Shown here: positions 1 to 9,453 of the stretch, piece after piece
How positions within the stretch are numbered: position 1 is the stretch's first letter
Layout of the letters: each line of letters starts with the position of its first letter
Assembly: GCA_030059675.1 (NCBI GenBank)
Contig: JANVYQ010000005.1
Location: 1-64,000, forward strand
Direction of reading: 5' to 3'
DNA from: Candidatus Pelearchaeum maunauluense
GTDB lineage: Archaea; Thermoproteota; Nitrososphaeria_A; Caldarchaeales; Caldarchaeaceae
Length of the DNA stretch: 64,000 bases
Notes under the pieces: model-generated
What the model saw: only the letters and a program-made list of their open reading frames with translations
Told to the model about the DNA's origin: nothing
Databases searched by the model: none
Translations under genes and position numbers: made by a program

Positions 1-340
1 CCTACCACCAATAAAAGTGGAAAACATAGAAACATCATACTCCAAGCCTACAGGCGAGTTTAGGGTATTTCAGATAATAACGGGAGACCTAGCGCAGGAG
101 ATGGTGGAAGGCTTCTCAACAGGGGCTGCATACTTCGAGGTCATGTTCCAGAAACAAGACCAGCTTCTAGCCAAGCAGGACCAGATGCTCTCAAAACAGG
201 ATGAGATGCTCACTAAGCAGGACGGGACGCTCAACGAGATTCGCGGCATTCGCCAGGACTTGCGCAGCTTGCTTGATGAGCGGCTCGCGCGTATTGAGCG
301 GGATATTGCCGAGATTAAGGCCCGTATTGGGCTTTCTTAG
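1..340 (+). CDS. 5'-truncated protein, probably an acylphosphatase-like domain with a C-terminal heptad-repeat coiled coil
   Basis: Frame is open from the window edge (LPPIKVENIETSYSKPTGEFRVFQI resembles an acylphosphatase C-terminus); KQD..ML heptads follow. Confidence 0.55.
   Translation, partial: LPPIKVENIETSYSKPTGEFRVFQIITGDLAQEMVEGFSTGAAYFEVMFQKQDQLLAKQDQMLSKQDEMLTKQDGTLNEIRGIRQDLRSLLDERLARIERDIAEIKARIGLS
152..235 (+). repeat. Four imperfect 21-nt tandem repeats encoding KQD(Q/E/G)xLx heptads
   Basis: aaacaagaccagcttctagcc / aagcaggaccagatgctctca / aaacaggatgagatgctcact / aagcaggacgggacgctcaac. Confidence 0.8.
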
Positions 341-381
341 CCTAAGGTTAATAGCCATCGTTTCTAGCTGGTTGTTGGGAT

Positions 382-1539
382 ATGCCCACCAACCTTCCAG
401 CAGAAGCTCAGAAGAAGCTGGCCGAGTACCAAGCCGCGCGGAGGGTTGAGGACAAGATACGGGTGCTTGAAGAGGCTCTCTCGCTAATACCAGACCATAA
501 GGGAACTGAGAAGATGCGCCGCCAGCTTAAGAGTACGCTGGCCAAGCTGCGGCGCGAGTTGGAGGAGCAGCGGAGCGCTAGGGTGACTAGGCAGGAGACG
601 TTCTACGTTAGGGAGGAGGGTGCGGCGCAGGTTGCTTTGCTTGGTGTTGCTAATTGCGGGAAGTCAAGCCTCTTGGCGGCTCTTACCAACGCTAAGCCGC
701 AGATAGCGCCCTACCAGCTCGCGACGACGAAGCCGACGCCTGGCATGATGCTGTATGAGGGTGTTGAGATACAGCTTGTCGAGCTTCCAGCTATACTGAC
801 GGAGGAGCTTGAAGAAACGGCATTCACAAGCAGGAGTATAGCGCTTGCAAGAAATTCCGACCTCATAGCGATAATGCTGGATGGATCTCGCGAGCCGTTA
901 ACGCAGTTTAACATGATAGTTGATTTGTTGGAGAGTTCTGGAATATCGTTGAAGAGGAAGAAGGCTGAGATAGTTATTGAGAAGAAGGATAGTGGTGGGA
1001 TAAGGCTGGTCGTCTTGGGGAACTTCAATGGAACGCAGCAGGAGGTTAAGGGGCTCCTTCAAGGGATGGGAATTAGGCACGCGGTTGTGAAGATTTACGG
1101 CGACGCTGACCTTGATGATGTTGAGGAGCAGGTTCTCCGCGAGGCTGTGTATAAGAAGAGCATCGTAGTATTGGGGAAGGCGGACTTGGCGTCGGATAGC
1201 TATGCGAAGAGGTTAAGAGAGCGTCTGGAGGAGTTCCAGCTCCCGCTTGTGGTGTTTTCCGCGCTCAATGGAGCTGGGTGTGAAGAGTTTAAGCAAGAAG
1301 TCTTCAGGTCTCTTGACATAATACGAGTCTATACGCAGAAGGACGGTGTTCCGAGCCAGAAGCCGATTATAGTCCCGCGCGGGACTACGATAATAGAGCT
1401 CGCCGAGACGATACACCGCGACTTTGCGCGCAACTTAAGGTATGCCCGCGTATGGGGTAGGTCTGTGAAGATTCAAGGCCAGCAGGTAGGCCCTAACCAC
1501 AGGCTGGAGGATAACGACCTAGTGGAGCTTTATGTATAG
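382..1539 (+). CDS. OBG/DRG-family GTP-binding protein with C-terminal TGS domain
   Basis: MPTNLP start, HKGTEK, G1 GVANCGKSS, TGS tail YARVWGRSVKIQGQQVG. Confidence 0.9.
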   Translation: MPTNLPAEAQKKLAEYQAARRVEDKIRVLEEALSLIPDHKGTEKMRRQLKSTLAKLRRELEEQRSARVTRQETFYVREEGAAQVALLGVANCGKSSLLAALTNAKPQIAPYQLATTKPTPGMMLYEGVEIQLVELPAILTEELEETAFTSRSIALARNSDLIAIMLDGSREPLTQFNMIVDLLESSGISLKRKKAEIVIEKKDSGGIRLVVLGNFNGTQQEVKGLLQGMGIRHAVVKIYGDADLDDVEEQVLREAVYKKSIVVLGKADLASDSYAKRLRERLEEFQLPLVVFSALNGAGCEEFKQEVFRSLDIIRVYTQKDGVPSQKPIIVPRGTTIIELAETIHRDFARNLRYARVWGRSVKIQGQQVGPNHRLEDNDLVELYV

Positions 1540-2825
1540 GGCTCTTTAGCCGCTTTACCCAGTCTTATCTTCATCGTAACTAGCCTTTCGCCGCTGAAGA
1601 GCCATGCCGCCACGCCTAGGATGAGGATGACGAATAGAGCCATCGCCGCGAGTGATGTTGCTACGAGGGCTAAATCTCCAGAAAGCGCGGCGCGGAGTGC
1701 CTGGAGCATATGGGTAAACGGATCCGCCATCAGCGCTAGCTGAGCTGTGGGAGGCAGCGTCTCCAGGTCTGTGAAGAGGAGTATGAGGAATGGAAAGAAT
1801 ATCAAAGGACCTGTGAAGAGTCCTGAGAGCTGCTGTCCGCCTCTCACGTCTCCCGCGAGTGTTCCAGCCAATATTCCCAGTCCGAGGGTTAATAGTAGGG
1901 CGAGTAGGAGTATGGCGCCTATTATGAGAACTGTGGATGGTGTTATGTTTATCAAACCCACTATGCTGGGTGCTTGCGCGTCCATAGCTGCGCCTGCCTC
2001 AATATTCATGAACGTCCCCAAGTATATGCTGAAGCCTATCGTGAAGGCTGCGGCGCCTATGGCTGCTATTATTACGGAGCCGACAAGCTTTGATGCAAGA
2101 ATCTTCATCCTAGACATGGGGAGCGTGAGAAGTATCTCAAGCGTCTTGGCCTCTTTTTCCAGCCCCACACTCGTCGCAGCTACCGTTCCAGCGGTTATGG
2201 TAACTAGCAAAACCACCATAGGAACCCCGAACATTATGCTGAAGAATACCTGGCTCAGAAGCTCTGGCGAGCCCTCAAAGATAGAGCCCCTGATTACTAT
2301 CGTGCTGCGGGCTTCCAGCGGGGTCCTCAAAAACTCATAATTAATGCCCTGCTTCTGCGCCAGCTCTTTACCCAGGGTCTCGCCAACCAGGTTTAGAAGC
2401 CTGTTTAGCGTGGATGTCTGGCGTAGCCTGCTTATTGATATTTCATCTGTCTCGGCGTATAGCTTAACCTCCCCCTTCTTCCCAGCAGCTATTGCCTCGC
2501 TAAATCCCCTAGGAACTAGGAGAGCGGTATCAGCTTCGTACTGGCTCATTAGCGATAGAGGCTCGCCGACCGCGTTGATAATCCTAAGCCGCAGCCCATA
2601 ACTTGTGAGAAGCTCCTGTAGAAGCTTGGAGAACTCTCCGCCATCTTCATCTATGTATAGTATGGACATCTCCTGCATGGTCTGCGTGGCGGCTGACATG
2701 CCAATGTTTGCCGAGAAGCTAAGCATGGGAAACAATAAGAGGGGCATGACGATTATTCCTATCAGAATTGTCCGCTCCATCAAAAGTTCCTTCAGCTCTT
2801 TATAGACGAGCGCGGCGAAGCTCAT
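1530..2825 (-). CDS. ABC-2 type exporter permease (NatB-like)
   Basis: N-terminal TM helix, large loop, EKEAKTLEILLTLP motif, multiple TM helices. Confidence 0.85.
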   Translation of the reverse strand: MSFAALVYKELKELLMERTILIGIIVMPLLLFPMLSFSANIGMSAATQTMQEMSILYIDEDGGEFSKLLQELLTSYGLRLRIINAVGEPLSLMSQYEADTALLVPRGFSEAIAAGKKGEVKLYAETDEISISRLRQTSTLNRLLNLVGETLGKELAQKQGINYEFLRTPLEARSTIVIRGSIFEGSPELLSQVFFSIMFGVPMVVLLVTITAGTVAATSVGLEKEAKTLEILLTLPMSRMKILASKLVGSVIIAAIGAAAFTIGFSIYLGTFMNIEAGAAMDAQAPSIVGLINITPSTVLIIGAILLLALLLTLGLGILAGTLAGDVRGGQQLSGLFTGPLIFFPFLILLFTDLETLPPTAQLALMADPFTHMLQALRAALSGDLALVATSLAAMALFVILILGVAAWLFSGERLVTMKIRLGKAAKEPYT

Positions 2826-3547
2826 GCGTCCTCCCTTATCTTTAGGAAGAGCTCCTCAAGATTCTGGACATTATGCCGCTTAAGCAGGTCTTCGGGGTTG
2901 CCCTCTGCTATTATGGTGCCTCTATGTATGAAAGCTACACGCGAGCATAGATACGCTACCTCAAGCATGTTGTGGCTTGATATGAGGAATGTTATTCCAC
3001 GTTTCTCCGCGTAGTGTTTGATTATGTCTCTCACATAGACGGCATGCTCAACGTCAAGCCCTGATGTAGGCTCGTCTAGAATAGCCAGCCTAGGCCGGGT
3101 CATGAGGGCGCGTGCTATAAGTATGCGGCGGCGCATACCCTTACTATACGCTCCCATCCTCATGCTTATGCTATCGCCCAGCCCGCTTATCGCTACAGCT
3201 TCATCAACCATAGCGCTATCACCGCCGTATATCCTGGCGGTAAGCTTGAGAAAGTCTAAGCCAGACAGGTTCTTGTATACGCCAGCCTCCTCTGGGAGGT
3301 ATGAGATTAAGCGCCTAACCTCGCTGGCTTCTCTCACAACGTCGCGGCCGAATATACGCGCCTCGCCGCCGCTGGGCTTTATTATCGTGGCCAAAATCCT
3401 GAAACACGTGGTCTTACCAGCGCCGTTGGGGCCGATAAGCCCGAAGACCTCGCCAGGCCGTACTGCGAAGCTTAAGCCCCTCAAAACCTGCCTACTACCA
3501 AAGTAGCGCGTAAGATTAGCTACTTCAACAGCTTTCCCGTTTGTCAT
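2822..3547 (-). CDS. ABC exporter ATP-binding subunit
   Basis: Walker A GPNGAGKTT, signature YSKGM, Walker B ILDEPTSGLD, H-loop SSH. Confidence 0.92.
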   Translation of the reverse strand: MTNGKAVEVANLTRYFGSRQVLRGLSFAVRPGEVFGLIGPNGAGKTTCFRILATIIKPSGGEARIFGRDVVREASEVRRLISYLPEEAGVYKNLSGLDFLKLTARIYGGDSAMVDEAVAISGLGDSISMRMGAYSKGMRRRILIARALMTRPRLAILDEPTSGLDVEHAVYVRDIIKHYAEKRGITFLISSHNMLEVAYLCSRVAFIHRGTIIAEGNPEDLLKRHNVQNLEELFLKIREDA

Positions 3548-3621
3548 GGATTAAAGCACCAGTCCTCCGGGCTCCACATGGATAGGCGAGGACGGCAATA
3601 TAAGCCTCAAAATCCATATTA

Positions 3622-3963
3622 TCACCAGTCGGAAATCTCTATCCAGTATTTTGAGGCGTCGCTTATAACAACGCTGCTATTCTTCTTCTCCTCAAGCTCT
3701 TCAGGGGTTAGTGGTATAGCCTCTATCGCTGGAGATATGCGCAGACTCCACGCTGCGCGGTAGACATGTTCAAGCCTATCCATGAAGCGCATACCCTTAA
3801 AATCAGGAGATACGATAACCAAATCAACATCACTCACGTATAGCCAGCTACCCTTGGCATAGCTGCCGAAGAGATAAGCCTTCTCTATCCTGAACCTCCT
3901 AGACAGCTCCCTAAGTAGCTGTTTTGCGGCGCTAACCGCCCTCTCTGGAACCTCTCTCCGCAT
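3622..3963 (-). CDS. Minimal nucleotidyltransferase (MNT), antitoxin of a HEPN-MNT pair
   Basis: LFGSYAKG...SDVDL motif; overlaps the HEPN gene. Confidence 0.88.
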   Translation of the reverse strand: MRREVPERAVSAAKQLLRELSRRFRIEKAYLFGSYAKGSWLYVSDVDLVIVSPDFKGMRFMDRLEHVYRAAWSLRISPAIEAIPLTPEELEEKKNSSVVISDASKYWIEISDW

Positions 3964-4336
3964 ACTCCATAATCCTCCTAGCTAGTGATAATGCTCTCTC
4001 TGCTTCTATCCTATCCACCGACTCGCTGGGAAGACCATTCGCCGCATCTGGATAACGGGTAACCGTGTAATACTTGTTCAGTATAAACAGCTCCTCCTCA
4101 ATATCTGAGGGAAGCCTGAATCCTGATTCTTTTAGGAGCTGGTATAGCTCGGTAACTGTGTTTATGTGGGGTGGGTTTTCACGCCTAACAACAAAGAATA
4201 GAGCCTTCAGTATCTTTTCTACTGCTTGTTGGGCGAAGAAGGCAGCGCGGAAATACCTACCCCTATTATACGCCTCCTCACAATCCAGCAAATCCTCTCT
4301 GGCCGACTCAAGCCAGAGGTCTGCCTCTCTCCGCAT
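3932..4336 (-). CDS. HEPN domain protein (HEPN-MNT module)
   Basis: W...A.EDL, FFAQQAVEKILKA, YYTVTRYPD motifs. Confidence 0.88.
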   Translation of the reverse strand: MRREADLWLESAREDLLDCEEAYNRGRYFRAAFFAQQAVEKILKALFFVVRRENPPHINTVTELYQLLKESGFRLPSDIEEELFILNKYYTVTRYPDAANGLPSESVDRIEAERALSLARRIMEYAERGSREGG

Positions 4337-4435
4337 CTCCTATTATACGATGCCCCCTTGTCTGGTTATTAATGCTCGCCAGAGCCGAGGCTAACTATAT
4401 TACAACCCGCGTGTAGCGTGTGGGGGAGGGCGGCG

Positions 4436-4732
4436 TTGCAGGTCATAGCTATTGGGAGCAAGACCTTCGTCGCTGGTTTTAGGCTGGCGGGGGCGCGGGG
4501 TATAGAGGTATCAACACCGCAGGAGGCCTTGCAACACATAAACAAGCTAGTCCAAGACCCTGAGGTGGGCTTAATCATAGTCTCCGAAGACCTCTCTGAG
4601 CAGTTTAGGCAACAGCTTAACGAGATCAGGGCTAAGAAGCCTGTTCCACTGATTTACGAGCTCCCACCACCGATAGCGAAGCCCAAGAGGATAGACTACC
4701 GAGCCATGCTCCGCGAGGTTCTCGGCGTCTAG
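4436..4732 (+). CDS. atpF: A/V-type ATP synthase subunit F
   Basis: VIAIG...VAGFRLAGARG, GLII, PLIYELP; TTG start at 4436 after a GGAGG-like SD (ORF track starts at 4418). Confidence 0.85.
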   Translation: MQVIAIGSKTFVAGFRLAGARGIEVSTPQEALQHINKLVQDPEVGLIIVSEDLSEQFRQQLNEIRAKKPVPLIYELPPPIAKPKRIDYRAMLREVLGV

Positions 4733-4774
4733 TATAAATGAGAGCTGTTAAAGCGTGTTAGGGAGGCGTCTGGG

Positions 4775-5374
4775 TTGTCGTCCTCTGCTCTTGAGAGGGT
4801 TGTCCGCGAGGTTGTCCAGGAAGCTCTTGCGGAGTTCAAACAGGGGCTGGAAGAAGCTGGGCGTCAGGCGCTTAAGATAGTTGAGGGCGTAGAGGAGGAA
4901 ACCCTACGCGAGGCCGAAGCCATGCTTGAGGCTGGGAAACGAGGCCGCGACACGCTGAGGCAGAGAATCCTAAGCCTAGCCGAGATAAACGCCCGCAATA
5001 AATCAATAGCCGTTCTTGAGGAGGCTGTTAATAACGTGTTGGAGAAGGCGCGGGAGAGGATAATGCAGCTAGACGAGAGGGAGCTGGAGGATGCTCTCAG
5101 GTTTCTACTGCGGGAGGCTGTAGACGCAATAGGTGCCGAGCGCGTGATTGTTGAGACGAACAGCGCTGGGCTTAGGGTTATTGAGAAGGTCGCCAGAGAG
5201 ATTGAAGCAGAGAAGAAGGTCTCGCTCTCAATAAGTAGGACACCAATAGAAGCGGTGGGAGTAAAGGCGCGGAGCGAGAAGGGAGACATAATCTATGACA
5301 ACACGATAGACGCGAGGCTTGAGCGCATGAGGCCACTACTCAGGAAAGAGGTTGCAAAACTCTTCACAAGCTAG
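4775..5374 (+). CDS. atpE: A/V-type ATP synthase subunit E
   Basis: Long charged helix; C-terminal GV...S.KG.IIYDNTIDARLE; follows subunit F. Confidence 0.82.
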   Translation: MSSSALERVVREVVQEALAEFKQGLEEAGRQALKIVEGVEEETLREAEAMLEAGKRGRDTLRQRILSLAEINARNKSIAVLEEAVNNVLEKARERIMQLDERELEDALRFLLREAVDAIGAERVIVETNSAGLRVIEKVAREIEAEKKVSLSISRTPIEAVGVKARSEKGDIIYDNTIDARLERMRPLLRKEVAKLFTS

Positions 5375-5483
5375 GCAAATATTTCCAACATACAAATTTG
5401 GTAGTTAAGGAAAATCTTGGTTTTCAGAGCTGGGCTTGATGAAATTTATATTAAATTATTAGGGTATTAACAGTTAGCGCGCC

Positions 5484-6335
5484 TTGACTACAATCCTCTT
5501 AACCAACGATGATGGTGTTAGGAGGCTTGGTTTATGGGCTCTTCACGACGCTATTGAGGAGCTGGGTGATGTTGTCGTCGTAGCCCCTGAGTCGGCGATG
5601 AGCGCTACTGGCATGAGCCTCACATTCCACAAGGCTCTTAGGATAAAGAAGGTCGTGATAGACGGGCGCGGTGCTTTCGCGGTCTCTGGAACACCAGCAG
5701 ACTGCGTATCGCTGGGGATACATAAAATCCTAGCGGGGAAGCGTCCTGATTTGGTAGTCTCAGGGATAAACGAGGGAGACAACACAACAGCCCAAGCAAT
5801 ATACGCCAGCGGCACGGTAGCAGCGGCAATACACGCGGCTATACTAAAGATACCCGCGGCAGCGTTCTCCCTAACGCTACCTGAGAACGAGAAAACAACA
5901 CGCGAGGAGCTTAGGTATAGGATGAGAGAGGCGGCGCATCTATGTAAAGAGATTATCGCCTGGATTCTTGACGAGGGACTGCCAGAAGGGGCTGATTATC
6001 TAAATGTTAATTTTCCATACACAGTTACACGTGATACTCCTGTTAAGATAACTCGGTTAGGCAGTTTCCGTTATGAGGATTATGTTATTGAGCGCCGCGA
6101 CCCGCGGGGCAGGCCTTACTACTGGCAGTGGGGAAAGCAGAGGCCGTTGGAGGGCTTCCAGCCAGGCACAGATGCTTACACGGTCTTCGTGGAGAAGCAG
6201 GTATCGGTGTCGCCTCTCAGGGTTGACGCATCAGCCGACGTAGATACCGAATCCTTCAGCCCCTTACTGCGGCGTATAAGGGGAGAAAAGACTAGCCACC
6301 AGACAAGAAAATCCGCTGGATACGATATTCCCTAA
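5484..6335 (+). CDS. surE: 5'/3'-nucleotidase SurE
   Basis: ILLTNDDG, GTPADCV, VVSGINEG, SGTV. Confidence 0.95.
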   Translation: MTTILLTNDDGVRRLGLWALHDAIEELGDVVVVAPESAMSATGMSLTFHKALRIKKVVIDGRGAFAVSGTPADCVSLGIHKILAGKRPDLVVSGINEGDNTTAQAIYASGTVAAAIHAAILKIPAAAFSLTLPENEKTTREELRYRMREAAHLCKEIIAWILDEGLPEGADYLNVNFPYTVTRDTPVKITRLGSFRYEDYVIERRDPRGRPYYWQWGKQRPLEGFQPGTDAYTVFVEKQVSVSPLRVDASADVDTESFSPLLRRIRGEKTSHQTRKSAGYDIP

Positions 6336-6455
6336 GTCATTTTTCGCCAAATAGCTAAACTTTTAATCGGGTTTCTGCTGCTTCATCAACAGTTTGGTGG
6401 CTCGCTGTGCCGCTCACACGCTGCTCAAAATCCCAGCACTATAACACCTCGGTAG

Positions 6456-6986
6456 ATGCGGGTGTTCAAGATTATGGGTCTAGGGCTTAAGGAGAGGATT
6501 GAATTGATGAGACAGGGAATAATCCACCGTTACATAATTCCGAGCCTTGAGATGCGGGGCTTCATAGTCGCTGACTGGAAACGCCCAATCTCCCTTGAGG
6601 ACATGATACTCCGAGACGAGGGATGGATACCGCAATACACTCCCTACACAACTTGGGAGACATACAAACGCGACGCCCCACTCTACCTCTACTTCAACAC
6701 CTTCTATGGAGATGTTTATGAGAGGGCATACCGCCACTGCTTCGTTGAATACATCATAAACCTACACAACTACCCACTACCGCCAAAGCTATTGGGGATA
6801 TTCACACGCCTAAACGTGGAGAACGGCTACTACTGGAAACACCGCGTAGCGATAGACCTCACATACCCAGAAAACGCTGTAACCGAGATAGACAGCAAAT
6901 ACGATGAACTAACCCTCCTCCTCTCGCGTGAGGGTATAGCAGAAGCTGGTGAGTCCGAAAGCGAAGAGAATGAGGAGGAGAAATAG
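6456..6986 (+). CDS. Hypothetical protein (Tyr/Trp-rich, acidic tail)
   Basis: 176-aa ORF filling the gap, with normal-looking composition; no motif recognised. Confidence 0.65.
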   Translation: MRVFKIMGLGLKERIELMRQGIIHRYIIPSLEMRGFIVADWKRPISLEDMILRDEGWIPQYTPYTTWETYKRDAPLYLYFNTFYGDVYERAYRHCFVEYIINLHNYPLPPKLLGIFTRLNVENGYYWKHRVAIDLTYPENAVTEIDSKYDELTLLLSREGIAEAGESESEENEEEK

Positions 6987-6988
6987 TT

Positions 6989-7420
6989 CTAGGAGCCGCG
7001 TAGCTGTCTTAAAATCATAATAGTATTCGTGTCGCGTATTCCCTCTATATTCCTTATAGCCTCTATACATTTGTTCAACTCCTGCATGCTGGGGACGGAG
7101 ATTAGAGCAACAGCGTCATACTCGCCTGTTATCTCATAGACCGTCTCCACGCCAGCTATCTTTGTGAGGGCATCTGCAACCTTTGGTGTGGGGACTGAGG
7201 GGTCTACCGAGAGGAATGTAAAGGCTCTTACATGGTGGCCGCGCTCAACCTCTATTGTAAACGCCTTGATGACACCGCGCTCTATTAGGCTCTTCACGCG
7301 CCGCCTAATGGCGCCCTCAGATAGGTTGAGCTGACTGCCTATCTCAGTAAAGCTCTTCCTAGAATCCTTCTTAAGTATCTCAAGAATAGCATGGTCTAAC
7401 TCGTCAAGCTCCGCAGACAT
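6989..7420 (-). CDS. Lrp/AsnC family transcriptional regulator (LysM-like)
   Basis: LDELDHAIL..L.KDSR, LSEGAIRRRVK HTH, EITGEYD RAM domain; divergent from argG. Confidence 0.9.
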   Translation of the reverse strand: MSAELDELDHAILEILKKDSRKSFTEIGSQLNLSEGAIRRRVKSLIERGVIKAFTIEVERGHHVRAFTFLSVDPSVPTPKVADALTKIAGVETVYEITGEYDAVALISVPSMQELNKCIEAIRNIEGIRDTNTIMILRQLRGS

Positions 7421-7563
7421 TCACACCAAACTAGCTATCACTACCTTATTTTCATTTTCAATCTATAACCTCCAGCCATCCATGGGGAGGCTCAAGAAAC
7501 CCTTATAAGAACACTCAAGAAGTTCAACTAGCGATAACATAACTCAAGGAGGTTAAGAATCTT

Positions 7564-8745
7564 TTGAAGGTAGCCCTCGCATACAGTGGTGGGCTTGACA
7601 CAACCGTAGCTATTAGGTGGCTTCAAGAAAAGTATGGCGCGGAGGTCTATACCGTTACCGTTGATGTAGGCCAGGAGGAGGACTTTAAGGAGATTGAGGA
7701 GAAGGCTTACAAGAGCGGGGCTGTCAAACACTACCACATAGACGCGCGCCATAAATTTGCTGAGGAATATGTGGCTAGGGCTATCAAAGCAAACGCCCTC
7801 TATGAAGGCGAATATCCACTTTCGTCGGCGCTCAGCAGGCCCCTGATAGCGGAGGAGGTGGCAAAGATAGCTCTCCGGGAAGGCTGCGATGCTGTCGCGC
7901 ATGGCTGCACAGGAAAAGGAAACGACCAGCTTCGTTTTGACGCGACCTTCGCGGCCACAGCACCAGACCTAAAGATTCTAGCGCCAGTTAGGGAGTGGAA
8001 CATGAATAGGGAGGATGAGATAGAGTATGCGCTGAAGAACGGGCTACCGATAAACCCGCGTAAGAGCAGGTTTAGCATAGACGAGAACCTTTGGGGCAGG
8101 TCAATAGAGGCTGCTGAGCTGGAAGACCCCTGGACAGAGCCCCCCAACGAGGCGTTCAAGCTGGTAAAGCCACTTGAGGAAACACCCAACACGCCCGAAG
8201 AGCTTGTGATAGGATTCACAAGGGGGATACCCACATCGCTAAACGGCGAGAACGCCACAATGCTTGAAATCATAGGAAAACTCAACAAGATAGGAGGCCA
8301 ACACGGCTATGGCGTAATAGACCACATAGAAGATAGGGTGATAGGGCTGAAATCCCGCGAGGTATACGAAGCCCCAGCAGCCCTAATACTCATAAAAACA
8401 CACATGGACTTAGAGAAGATGGTACTGGGAAGAAGATACCTATCATTCAAACAACATATAGACAAGACCTGGGCAGAGATGATATACGGCGGACTATGGG
8501 CAGATCCACTCCGAAAAGCACTTGACGCATTCATAGACGAATCTCAGAAAAACATAACAGGAGAAGTAAGAATAAAGCTCTACAAAGGAACCATGCGCAT
8601 AACGGGAAGAAGAGCAGAGAGAGCAGCATACGCGAAGGAGATAATCACATACTCGCGTGAAAGCCTATTTGACCAAAAAGCGGGAGAAGGATTCTCAAAA
8701 CTCTGGAGCCTAGAAACAAGACTAACAACACTCAGCGAAAAATAG
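7564..8745 (+). CDS. argG: Argininosuccinate synthase
   Basis: LAYSGGLDT, AHGCTGKGNDQ.RF, SIDENLWGRSIE, GLKSREVYEAP. Confidence 0.97.
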   Translation: MKVALAYSGGLDTTVAIRWLQEKYGAEVYTVTVDVGQEEDFKEIEEKAYKSGAVKHYHIDARHKFAEEYVARAIKANALYEGEYPLSSALSRPLIAEEVAKIALREGCDAVAHGCTGKGNDQLRFDATFAATAPDLKILAPVREWNMNREDEIEYALKNGLPINPRKSRFSIDENLWGRSIEAAELEDPWTEPPNEAFKLVKPLEETPNTPEELVIGFTRGIPTSLNGENATMLEIIGKLNKIGGQHGYGVIDHIEDRVIGLKSREVYEAPAALILIKTHMDLEKMVLGRRYLSFKQHIDKTWAEMIYGGLWADPLRKALDAFIDESQKNITGEVRIKLYKGTMRITGRRAERAAYAKEIITYSRESLFDQKAGEGFSKLWSLETRLTTLSEK

Positions 8746-8793
8746 GCTTTATGCCTTACATTACTTGAGGTTAAGCGCTAGGACATATGCTGG

Positions 8794-9348
8794 TTATCTT
8801 AACCTCATGATTGCTAAGCCTATTCTACTAATCTTAAAGCCACACTGCTTATAGAATCTAAGTCCAGCCAAGTTTTCTAAACCTACAATCAGTCTCAAGG
8901 TCTTACATCCCTTTCTCTTGGCTATTTCTCTCGCAAATCTCACAAGTCTTGTACCAACTTTATAACCCCGAAAGTTTTTCAACACAAAAATATCTTCAAC
9001 CCATGCAGAAGGGCCGCCATTAAATAGCCTATAATAGATTGTCAAATGCAGAAAACCTATAATCTTTTCACCAAGCTCAGCAACTATGATAAAATTATTA
9101 GAATACGCCGCTGTTTTCCACTCTTTAATATTTTTACGAATCTCATGTAAATCAAGCTCATCTGGAAGCCAAATTTCTGGCTCAGTTTCAATAGCCTCAC
9201 GACGAAATTCAAAGAGCTTTTGCCTATCTTTGACTCCTGCCACACGGATTTTGGCCCGTCTTATTGCCTTAGCTGGTTTGGAATCCTGAGGCGGACGCCT
9301 AGTACGTACAAAACGTTCATCTTCCTCATCCCATACATACCAAACCAT
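8794..9348 (-). CDS. GNAT family N-acetyltransferase
   Basis: VEDIFV...FRGYKVGTRL acetyl-CoA motif, N..GLRFYKQCGF; AT-rich DNA. Confidence 0.85.
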   Translation of the reverse strand: MVWYVWDEEDERFVRTRRPPQDSKPAKAIRRAKIRVAGVKDRQKLFEFRREAIETEPEIWLPDELDLHEIRKNIKEWKTAAYSNNFIIVAELGEKIIGFLHLTIYYRLFNGGPSAWVEDIFVLKNFRGYKVGTRLVRFAREIAKRKGCKTLRLIVGLENLAGLRFYKQCGFKISRIGLAIMRLR

Positions 9349-9453
9349 CCTGACTTTAATTTACAAATTAAACAAGTATAAAATCGTCTATTCTAGGAGA
9401 GTGTTTAAAGAATTAGCTATAATCCATACAATCCTTCCCAGATATGCGGCAGG

